64,000 nucleotides of DNA from Antedon mediterranea (Eukaryota > Animalia > Echinodermata): assembly GCF_964355755.1 (NCBI RefSeq), contig NC_092676.1, positions 26,678,871 to 26,742,870 on the forward strand, in the 5' to 3' direction. The first letter of the stretch is position 1. Every line of letters begins with the position of its first letter. Positions 1 through 12,000 of the stretch are shown in pieces. The notes under the pieces were generated by a model, which searched no databases, was not told where the DNA came from, and was given only the letters and a program-made list of their open reading frames with translations. The translations under genes were made by a program, and so were the position numbers.

Positions 1-160
1 TCTGGTCCCAATGATTTGACCTTTGTATTCAAGAATTTGATGGCACGGTCACGAACAAGATCTTCTCCCGATTGAATTTGGGCAAATAGTCCTCCTAAAG
101 CACCTGCTCAAAATCATAGCATTTATTATAGAATATGAATATTTAAACCAATAGATGCAC
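1..160 (-). pseudogene. Partial duplicate of API5 exon 4 with its upstream acceptor region (runs off the window edge)
   Basis: 1-160 aligns to 14655-14816. The exon part (1-103) differs by 2 substitutions (TTC>TTT synonymous, AGT>AAT Ser>Asn). The acceptor AG at 104-105 is retained. No copies of exons 1-3 were seen in 161-3000. Confidence 0.75.
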
Positions 161-3081
161 GCATCATCTAATTTCAACTATCACCACCATGTGTACTTTT
201 TTTGTGTTCATTTCAAGTCTGTAAGCAGGTGTAGTGTTATTATACCAATGAAGACACGTTAAACGTATAAAAAATTCAAGGTATGTGCTGTAAATTTGTA
301 AAAAAAACAGTTCATGTTTGGAATAATGTTGTTATTTCAGCCATCAACGTTTCTCGATTTTTACTGCAAAAACCAGAAATAATTATTTTCTGGATCATGT
401 ACAGAAATTTATTTAGATATTAAACCTTAATCAATTTTATTACATAATATTGTAGTGAGGGTCATCTCATATTTTAAAAATTACTTTAAATTAGAGTGAG
501 GAACAAGCCAGTCACAAGTTTCACAGAAATTATGTTATTTCAGATACTAATTTAAAATCTTTTAAGCACAATGGTATTCTTAGAATAGAAAGTAAAATAA
601 AAATGAACCATAAATAATATTGAATGTTCTGATTATAATGCTGAACCAACTTAATAAAAATGATACATTCATAAACCAATAAAAATAAACTATTTTATCG
701 ACTTTATTTTCAAAACACCAAAACATAAAAAGGAATTATCACAAATAATTAAGAAAAATTACTACATTATCGAGCATTACTTTAAGTGTTTACTCATTGC
801 AAAAAACATGAAAACCCCCCAAAAAAACTATGTTGCTTGCGTGTACAGTACTTACTATTATCATACAGACTTGAATATAAGCCCACCCCCTGAATAAGGT
901 TTCGCATGGGCTTATATGGGTAACACTTCTGTAATGGGTAACACTTCTGTAGAAGCTACCTCCAAACTTACCTTTCAACAAAATAGAATTCCATCACCTC
1001 TTAAAGCTAAAACTCAGGATAAATAAAATAATATGTTTCTCATTCTGCTGTTTTCAAAAACAAAGTTCTAAGGTTAAAAAAAACTAAAGCTACTAACGCA
1101 AACAATACCCTTACCGCCAAACTTGTTTTCTTCAGTGTATCTTCATGTACAATATAAACAATGAAAAATAATCTTACACAATTCGAGTTATATCTCGCTC
1201 TTCGAAGAGAAAGGCTATTGTCAGTTTATCCAGGTAAGCTAGGCACGAAATAAAACACTATACTTTAGTATCAGGTGCTGGGATTCTTTGCATCACTTAC
1301 TAGAATCAGCAACGATGACAATGATTTTGATATACTTACCATGCCTTGCAACAGTACAGTATAATTGGTCAACAATATGCAAATGAGACTTACTCCATGA
1401 AAATTTAGCTAACTGTATGCTTGCTTACAAACAAATCAGTTGTTTGACTGAAAAAAAATGATTTCAAGGTGCAGATGTCTGTCCACTAAAGATAGTAGTT
1501 TTATCGATAATAATAACCAGCTTTAAAGCAAGTCTACCTTTAACATTTTTACATAATAGTTGAGGTCACCTAAATAGAAAAATTACTAACAAAAAACATA
1601 ACTAATATTTCCCTTCCCATTTACAATATTCCTGGTTGCTCACCTGGTGTAAAGATTTCTATAGTCTGTCTCTATTAACTCCATGACATATACCTGCTTG
1701 TTGTTCAGCATAATACTTCAATGTAAAGTGTATTTCACACACGTACAACCAACATATAAAGTGTAGCTATACTTACCATTGTGTGGCAAAGATGCAATCT
1801 GTTGTTACTATAATACATGAAGTCATCATATTACATGTTAAGTCTATTACTTCTGGTTATCTAAACATGGTACATTTCATACAATATAAATATCTCAAAT
1901 ATGTTGTTAAATATTTATGAACAACTTGACACAAAGAAATATTATTTGCACACAATGTAATTTGTCCCTGTGGTCTTGTAGGGTATAAAAGCCAATTCAA
2001 TTAATGATTCACATTTTGAATATAATATTCATGGTGTATTAAATATGTATTTTGTTAAATGTTTGACCATTGTCTGTACAATTAGTTTAATTTGTGTCTA
2101 GTTGATCCAATTCGAGTCTCACAACCAACATCGTACTCACAATTACGAGTCAGAATGGAATATTATGATCACCGAGTCGACGCTGGATCCAATCACGTCC
2201 AAAACACTTGGCTGGATCTAAAGTAGCATTGTGATTTTACACAGGAGTTGATGTTGATAGGAGAACAGCCCATCTTTTATACATTCTATCATTTGTGTTG
2301 TTTGTTTACAGTATGTGTTTCAAAACTAGCATGCTTTTCAAACATGTCTAAGCTAGCGTAATGATACATAAATCTATAAATTGAGTTCAACAATAGTATG
2401 TATACATTTGTGTTTGCAACACAGTCTAGTAAAAGTATTATCTGTACTAAAGTAGTTCCTTAAAAAAACTAAATTCTCAACAATCTACCAGTAGCATAGG
2501 TGAACATTTTAACACTTTGTACATACAAATAAAAAATTAATTGAAATACTGAAATGTTTTGGTAAATTGATTCAGTATAAAAACATCAGCTTGTAAATGA
2601 TATAGCTAAATCAAAGCAACAATGCAAACTCATGTGGGAACATGGTTTGTTAAAAATGTCGGCTGATTGTCAACATTTTAATTACAAAACCATAACAATT
2701 CAAATAATTTTTATTACCTTATTTACAATTGGTTAACTAAAGAGAATCGATTTATTATTACAATATTTTTTGGGTAATAACACTATTAACAATAATCAAG
2801 GATACTGTATTCAATTTTAGAAAAGGCAATAAAAAAGGTATTATTACTTTACATAAAAATAAGACAACTAACAACTGAATATCGTTACTTATCAGGAGAA
2901 CCAGATAACAATCATTTTTTACTGGAAATACCAAAATCTATTTTAGGTTTTTAAGAAGTTACCAATCTGAAGGTTGACTTTATATAAATCTGTCACTTGT
3001 ATTACTGTGAACTTTGACCTACAGAGTGACTGGCAATAGTAGGATCTGGAAATATTCTCATAACACTGATTGTTGCGACAT

Positions 3082-6000
3082 TCAAAAACGATTTCCACGG
3101 CCACGTCCTTTTGACCATCCACGACCCCTGAATCCACCTCGACGTTGCTGTCCTGTAAAACAATGTAAAATAAGTTAAATAGATGTTAACAGGAAACATA
3201 GATTAATCTATAAAGCTCTGTCTACACAATCAAATTTGCCCATATATGGACTTGATGATGCCATATCACTACCATATTTGGGCATATCACCACCATATTT
3301 GGGCATGTCGCACTTTTTTTGTCAAATAGTATTTTAGTGTGGACAGAGCTTTAGAGTAAACCAATTTTAGAAAAGATTTATTTACCACCTCCAGTGAAAT
3401 TATTTCCGTAATTTGCATCTCCTCCGCTCGGGGCATTACCAGCTTTTGCGCTATAGCGCCCTCCAGGTGGATGGTACACTCCACGAGCTCCTCGCTGTTT
3501 ATTACCACCGCCTACTGTTGCTTTTTTAGCAGGTCCTGACTCAGAAAATGTGATTGGGGTGATGTTACCTCTCTTTACACTAGAGTAAAGAAAACACAAA
3601 ATAAAATTGAATTTAAATATATATAAAAGTCTTTCAATTATGTGTGACCAAATCTTTGTCTACACTATCAAACTTTATGTGACAAAACAAAAATGTGATG
3701 TGCATATGTCCATATATAGATATGATGATGTCATATCAGTACCATATTTATGGGCACATCACATATTTTTGTCACATAAAGTTTTATAATTTAGACAGAG
3801 CTTAAACAATGAGATACAATTTGTTTACATATTGTCATGCAAATGTTTCCTTATCACACATGTGAAAGCACCAAAAAAAAAAGTTAATATATTATTTCAT
3901 ATTAGGCAATTATATTCACATACCTTTGTTGTTGTTGTGTTTGTTCTGTTGTAGCTTTCTGGATTGGTTTCCATGACAATGTAATGATGCATCCGTAGCC
4001 TGGTGGGTTACGGAACAAGTCCTAGTGTAAACAAAATAATGAATATTTAGTATTACATCCTTTATTTAACAAAAAAACATGGAGAGGCTGTATCTGCCCC
4101 TCTTATTTATAAAGAAAACCCCTTAAAACAATATGATAGAGTCAAGAATCACAATGATTAGATGCTTCAATATGTCAGAGTATCATACGTGACAATGCTG
4201 TTGGTAATGCAAAGATCACAAAATGCACAATGAGCGTGCCATACCTTAATTAAAGCATTGATATTGGTTGTTATCTTAAGAGCGACAACTTTGATCTTAT
4301 TCTCGTCAGATTTCAATACATCTCCTGTTTTATCTCGCAGGTCTGCCCTCAGTTGTTTCATGTAAACTTGGTTACCACGTGCAAAATACTGTAATCTGTA
4401 AAAACAATAAAAAAATATAATTTAATGATTTATTAATATCTTTTTTTTAAATTTTTAAATTAGGCAATTTCAATGTCCCATAATTGGAAGGGAAAAACAA
4501 ATTTTGTTACTGTAATCCTATTAAAAAATAAATTGTTTTTTTGTTTTATTCAATCAATAATTAGAAAAATAAAACCCTTTTGGATCAATATGCAAACAAA
4601 TAATATGCATTCATTCTGAAGTACTGCAAAATTTAATTCTGTCCACGTACCTTAGACGGAAGTCTTTCAAACGATCAAGATTTTCTTCAGCAGTGAAGAA
4701 GTCTGGACACTTCTTACCCATCTGGTGAAGAGTGTACATTAAACATTCTACGATTGAAAATTGTAATTTAGGTTCATCGCTATCTTTTCCGTTCTCTCCT
4801 TCCTCAACTTCAGCTGGTGGAAGCGGCATATACTCCTAGAAAATATATTATTTAATATGTGATTGAAGTAGAAGTTACAAAGTTTCTGTGACCAGAAAAA
4901 AATCCTATACCTCCTCTTAAGACTCTTCCCTGATAAAAACTTTTGTATGGGAAACAGACTGCTACTCTTAAGCTCTGTTTAAACTAACAACTTTATGTGA
5001 TAAAAAATGTGATGTGCACATATATGGACATGATGATGTCATATCACTAGCATATTTGGGCATATCACTAGCATATTTGGGCACATCACACTTTTTTGTC
5101 ACATAAACTTTGATAGTGTAGGGAGGCTTGACAGGGAGGCTTGTTTTTCCACAGAGGGTTTTGCCTATTAAAATACTTTCAAGCTCTTTGAAAAAGAACC
5201 TCTAACCCCCTCTGGCTAAAGGCTTGGTATGCTATGAAAATGAACAACATACTACAGAACTACCTACACTACACTTATCTTTATTGAACAAGACATTCCA
5301 TTATTTTTTAATAGTTTTGGAATAGTTCATTAGTGGATCGTTCACACAACTTTGTACAGCAAAGTGAAAATATGTTTTCTGTCTCTTTTTGGCATTACCC
5401 ATTATTTTTAAGTGAAAATGTCAAGATATTTTTTTTAGTTTTAAAAGATGACCATTTTTCTTTCTTACCAGCAATGCATTGTGAACCTTCTCTAAGCACC
5501 CTCTGTCTTCGTAATCTCCACAGTGTGTAGACATCTCAGCTAATAACTTTAATACTTCCAACTTTACATTTGTACCTTCTGGTCCCGCCAGCTCACTGAG
5601 GAATGGGACGACATGGTTGGAAATGTGTTCTATAAACTTTGTTGAATGCACATTTTTCTAGAAAAAAAAAGACTATTTGTTAGAAAAGAATTTTTAGCAT
5701 TAAATGGTAAATGAGATAATTTGTGAATAGGCCACACTTGTAGGTAGATCCACTTTCGTATGCACTTTCAGGTCCAGAGAATTTGACTTTAAGGTTGACT
5801 TGGTTTAGGGGTCAAACCATCATTATGAAAATGTGACACAAGGTCAGTGTCAATTGGTATATAGTTCTTATATTTAATTATTCAGAATGGGACATTTTGC
5901 GCTATATAAATTTAAAACCATTACCATTACCATTTAGTAAAAAATGACCAGAAATTGCATTTCTGACCTTTGACTCGCACCAAGGGCATGTTTGTATATC

Positions 6001-9000
6001 CATATATGAGTACGTACACACGTACGGCCTAAGTATAGGATGGTTTACGTAATCGTATAAAATATACAGTGTTTGTGCATATTTGTATCTCCATGTATGG
6101 GTATGTTCACATAGCGTAAGTACTGCATGGCGTGGCTTTTGCAAGCGTTAAGGTAATCCATGGATTAAAATGCCAATGTGTTTACATATACAGCATTTGT
6201 TATGGTGTTAAATAAATTGGTATATGGACAATAATACAATAGGTTCTTATATTTAATTATTCAGAATGCATACATTCAATTCATGTACAGTCTAATGGGA
6301 CATTTTGCGCAATATAAATTTAAAACCATTACCATTACCATTTAGTAAAAAATGACCAGAAATTGCATTTCTGACCTTTGACTCACACCAAGGGCATGTT
6401 TGTATATCCATATACGAGTACGTACACACGTACGGCGTAAGTATAGGATGGCTTACGTAATCGTAATTCACAGATTAAAATGCCAATGTGTTTACATATA
6501 CAGGGTTTGTGCATATTTGTATCTCCATGTATGGGTATGTTCACATAGCCTAAGTACTGCATGGCGTGGCTTACGCAAGCGTTAATGTTATCCATAGATT
6601 AAAATGCCAATGTGTTTACATATACAGCGTTTGTTATGGTGTCAAATACAGAAGTACCGTTTTAAAAAGTACTATCGCAGGGTACCTTTTTAGATTTTAC
6701 ATTGTCTTGATAACGGAGTGAGTTGCGTTAATAAAGCCTGCCTAGTTCACATGTAAAGGTAAGGTGTAAGCCAGCCTTACACTGTACGTATGAACACTAC
6801 CTATGTAGTTTATCAAAAACTTAAAATTGTGTTAGATTTGTGATATATTATGTACTCATATAGTATAAGGCCCGAGTATTTGATTCAATGAACAATTATA
6901 ATCACATTTAACTTTTTAAAACCATTGATAAACAAACTACTGTACATTGTTTCTTTGTTATTCGGTTCACTGATTCTGTTTCCTGATTCAGTTCAGTGAT
7001 TCCTGATTTTGCAATATTCACATCTAGTTTAGAAGACAGCTCATATTAATGTGACATGTTAAGGTGGAAAAACCAACTTTATTTAATTACTGGAAAAAGA
7101 TTTTGTTTAAAATTTGAGCTGCACAAGTACAAGGTATTTAACATATAAATTGCTTTTTTAAGTGGATTTAATCTATAATCTATACAAATAGCCAATGATA
7201 TTATTGATAGATTTAGGCAAGGCTGGAGTAAATCATTATTAATATATATACAATTATAACTACTATTGCAGGATGGCTAGCAAGAATTTAAGTCTACTTG
7301 AAGATATAGATGAGAAAGTACTAGAATGTTCTATCTGTAATGGAAGGCTAGAAGATCCAAAATCACTTAGCTGCCGTCATAGTTTCTGCCTCAAGTGTTT
7401 GGAGAATTGGGTTCAAACCAACAGTGGCAAGCTAACATGCCCTATTTGTCGCAAAGAGTATCCTATTCCAGACGGAGGACTTGAAAAACTTGCACCAAAT
7501 ACAATTCTTAACAACCTCTTGGAAACCATCAAACAAGTGAAAGATGAGGCTAAAGGCACTACCTCTCTGTGTGCCTCTCATGATCAACCATTGAAAATGT
7601 ATTGTACACAATGTAAAGTACCAATATGCATAGAATGCACTGAAATGGAACATGCCGCAGGAGATGGAAAACATGAACTAATTAACATTGTTACAGCATT
7701 TAATACGTTTAATGAAACATCAGAAGACTTAAAGAAAGCTGCCAATGAATCAATAAGAAAAACAGAAAATGTACTTAAAGTAATAACAAAGAAGGATGAA
7801 GAACTAGAAGAAAGTAAAGAGGAAAGTCTCACAGATATTAATAACCAAGTTCAAGAAATGGTACAAGTAATCCAGAAAAAAAGGAGAAGAAATGAAGAGG
7901 AAAGTTGAAACAAAGTACACGGAGGAAATGAAAGTCAATGATGTACAAATTACTAATTTAACAAAAATCATCTCTGAATTAAACATAATTGTAAATTCCC
8001 TAAATCAGTTACTAATGAGTGAGCCATCAATTGCTATGAAATCAAGTGAGAGTGTATTAAATACACTAATGGATGAAATTAATAAATCTGAAGCAATCAA
8101 GCAAAAGGACAGCAGACAAATAACCTTCATCAGAAACAAACAGCCAATTGATTTATTGAAAGAATATGACATTGGAAATGTTGTATTCAAACCACTTACT
8201 ATCGAAGTAGAGGGTAAGCCTACAGGAGTAGCAAAGTGTGATGATGATTGCTTGCTGGTTTCACAAGTACAAACAATCAGGAGAATGTACAAGCAAGATT
8301 ACACTACCAGAAGGTGTGATGGTTCACAGAATGTACAGAATGAAGAATGGCAACACAGCATTCAGTGATCGAGGTAATAAATGCATTCAAGTATGCGATG
8401 TGAATGGTCATGTTTTCAAATGCATTGGTAAGGGTGTATTGAAGAATACATGGGGTATTCACATAGATGAGGCAACTAATGTTATATATGTAACAGATGA
8501 AGGAAATGGATGTGTGTTCATGTTTAACATTCATAGTGGTAAGAAGTTAAAGAAGATAGGAAGACAAAATGAAGAACATGAATACATTGATGTTGCACTT
8601 ACAAAAACTGGTAAAGTACTTGTAGTAGATAAAAGAAACCACCTAGTATTATTGTATGATGACAAGGACAAGTCACTGAAAGTACTCATCAATAGAGGAG
8701 GTGTGGATGGTAAGGTGATGTGGCCAGGTGGAGTTGTAGTTGATGAGGATGATAACATCCACATGGAGTGGAGCTGTGGCTTGGTGGTTATGATGCTTGG
8801 CTACCAATCTAAGGGTCCTGGGTTCAAGTCCTGTCATATGTCAGGGTTTTTTTCTCATGACAATTTACAACTCCACTCCCAAAGACTTAATATTAAGTCT
8901 TTGTTTATGTAGAGCATCTTGTGTATATGTTTGTCTTATATGTTCTAGTGCAGTATATGGAGAGCCACCTCGATAGTGCTTTGCACTCATGGCAATCCTC

Positions 9001-12000
9001 AGGGTGCTGCACCGCTGTATTGTCATGTATTGTTGTGCCTGAAAATTAAATAAAAATCACACCACATCACACAGCAAGTATTGACAAACTACAACTATTC
9101 AGTAGTGATGGGCATTTTATAAAAAGAATTGATAAACAAGAAGATGAAATTTGTGTACCACGTCAGTTATGTATCATTTCTCATAACCCATGTATGGTTG
9201 CTGTTACAAATCGGGGTGACAGCAAAATAAAAATATTCAATTATTAATGTATAAAATATATCATTAAATTGAAGAAACAAAGTCCAAATTGTTTATTAAT
9301 GTATTATTTTAATTACACAAATCTTACAATTTAAAAAGAATCTTCATATAAATTAAAAAGATTTGATAATTTACCTCCGCCAAGGAGGTATATGTAATCG
9401 ATCGCGAGTGTTTGTTTGTCTGTTAGCAGGATTAAGGCCCATTCACACTAGGACGATAACGATCGACGATAAATATATAAGCATGCATTTTTTTAAACAT
9501 AAAACAAAAGAAATTAGAAAGGGTTTCGTTCTAGGACTATAGGATAATCATTTATGCTGTCTTTGATAAAAATAATATTTTTAAAATTCCAATCACATGA
9601 CGTCATGATACATAAAAACAATAAAATCGTTGTATTGTCACGATATTATTGCTCTTACTAATCATGACGTCATTTGATTGGACGTGTGAAAATATAATTT
9701 CCATCAAAGGAAGCATAGATGGTTATTCTGTAGTTCTAGAATGAAAAGGTTTTATATTTCTTGTATTTTATGTATGAAAAATGCAAATTATTGTCTATTA
9801 TCGTCGATCGTTATCGTCCTAGTGTGAATGGGCCTTTACTCATTTGGGACCATGGTCCCAATTCTGGACCACTTTTTAGTATACTTTTCAGACCTGCTAG
9901 TGTTAAAAGATAGGACAGAATTTTTCAAAAGCCGGCGAGCAGTCTTAAAGTAAAAAAAACATATTTCTTTTCAATTTCGCGTTGCTGTTCTACTACTACT
10001 ACTGCGTCGAGCTTGCTCGGATCCTTTTGACTACTTCTTTCCAGCCGTCTCTGTTCATCATTGCTCCTGGTAGCTCTTCAATTGTATGGCCGGAGTCCGC
10101 AACTATGAATGATTTTGGGGGCCTTCCTGGTCTTCTTGTCCCATGTGATGGCATCCAGAGCATAAGTTCGCTTATCAGTTCACTTTTGTTGCGGAAAGAG
10201 TGTCCAACAAAGCGGACTCTTCTTTCTTTGATAACATCGGTGATCTTGCGAAGATTCCCATATAGCTGAGCGTTGGAGAGGTGCTCTTGCCACGAAACGT
10301 TAAGAACGGCTCGTAGCATCCTAGTATATGTTCCGTTTAGAGTGTTTTCAAGTTTCTTAGTTAGGGTCCATGTCGATGACCCGTAGAGAAGGACAGACTC
10401 GACTGTGGTCTTAAAGAAATTTTTCTTCATGTTGTTTGAGATGTTGGACTTCCATATGACAGTCAGGCGTCAGATACGTATATCAACGTCTTTTGCTGTT
10501 GAGGCAATGTTGCTGCCAAGATAGGTGAACTGGTCGACTTGATTGAGAGCGTATCCGGAGCTAGTTTGAATTTGACCTTGACAGTTTACGTTCATACTTT
10601 CTGTCTTTTTGGCATTTATGTGGAGGCCGATTGAGGATGCAGCATTTTCAAGGGCGTGTAGGAGGGTTTTTGCTTCAGCAACAGGGCTATATCGTCAGCA
10701 TAATCAGCGTCAGTTACCAATGTCGCAGGGAACCTCTTACTGATTCTTGGCTTCAATGTTAAGCCGTGTTTGTTGAGTGGATCAATAGCCGAGCGGAGAA
10801 CATAATCAAGACATATGATGAAGATGTAGGGAGCGAGAGTATCTCCTTGAAGGACGCCTGCTTTTACCTGAAACGGATCAGTATCACCATCTGGAGAACG
10901 AATCAGGGCACTTGAGTTTTTGTACAGCATCATTATGGCATTGACAATCTCAAGTGGAATTTTGTAGACGAGAAGAATTTCACGCATCTTTTCACGATGG
11001 ACAGAATCGAAGGCTTTTGCGAAATCTACAAAGAGGAGGACTGCAGGAAGATTTTTGTCACGCACTCCCTCAAGTATTCTCCTAATTGTGAGAATCTGGC
11101 TGCTTGCTGAGCGTCCCTGTCTAAAACCATTTTGGTTTTTACGAAGTATTGTCTCGATCCATGGTTGTATTCTATTCAAGAGCATAAGATTGTAGATCTT
11201 GGTAGCAATGGGGGTGAGAGTTATTCCTCTGTAGTTTTCAGCCTTTCCAAGATCTCCTTTTTTTGGAAACGGTAGTATGCAGCCTCTTGTCCAGTAGTGA
11301 ATAGGTCTTTGTTCATAGACCTCATTGCAACACTTCAAGAGTACGTTGTTAAAATGTTTCGTTTTCCACACTTCTGGAGGAATCCCATCAAGTCCTGGGG
11401 ATTTTCCATTTTTCATTTTTGTGAGTGCTTTGTTTAACTCTTCGTCGTTAAAAGGACCGATTTTGATGTTAGATTCAGTCTGTGCTGGAAATAGCTCAAT
11501 GGTTTCCACATTGGTTATATTGGGAATGTTGCCAAGAAGGTTCTTGAAGTGGTTTTTCCATTGATTTAGACGATCATTTTGACTGGTGGCTTTCAGCTTT
11601 GCTTGACTGATGCGCTTTCTACCTGAGATTTCATTAATCGTATCCCAGGCCATCGATGATTGCTTATTCACCGAATATTGCTTAATCGAGTCAATCTTAG
11701 TTTGCAGATAGGTTTCCAGTTCGATTTGATAGAGCCTCGTCAACTTAACTTCTCTCTGTTGAATTTTGAGATGTTTTGGGGTGTAGGGTTAGCATTTTTA
11801 CGAGTTGCTGATCGTTTGATCCTCTCTCGTTGGTCTTGAATAGCCTGCGTTTCCCAGGGTACTCTTTTGCGTTTTTTAGGTTTCAAGGGAATACAGTTGC
11901 AAGCGGCTTCCCAGTGTGCTTTCACAAAGTTTTCATAGGTGGTATCTGGATTGTCGATCACACTTTCTGTTCTATTGTTAGTCAACTGAAGCTATTGTTA

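Noticed and set aside
1332-1780. ATACTTACCAT twice, as U1 snRNA-like or as upstream donors for the duplicated API5 exon
   Set aside because: No U1 body follows, and splicing ATG to the exon copy is out of frame (ATG GTG CTT TAG).
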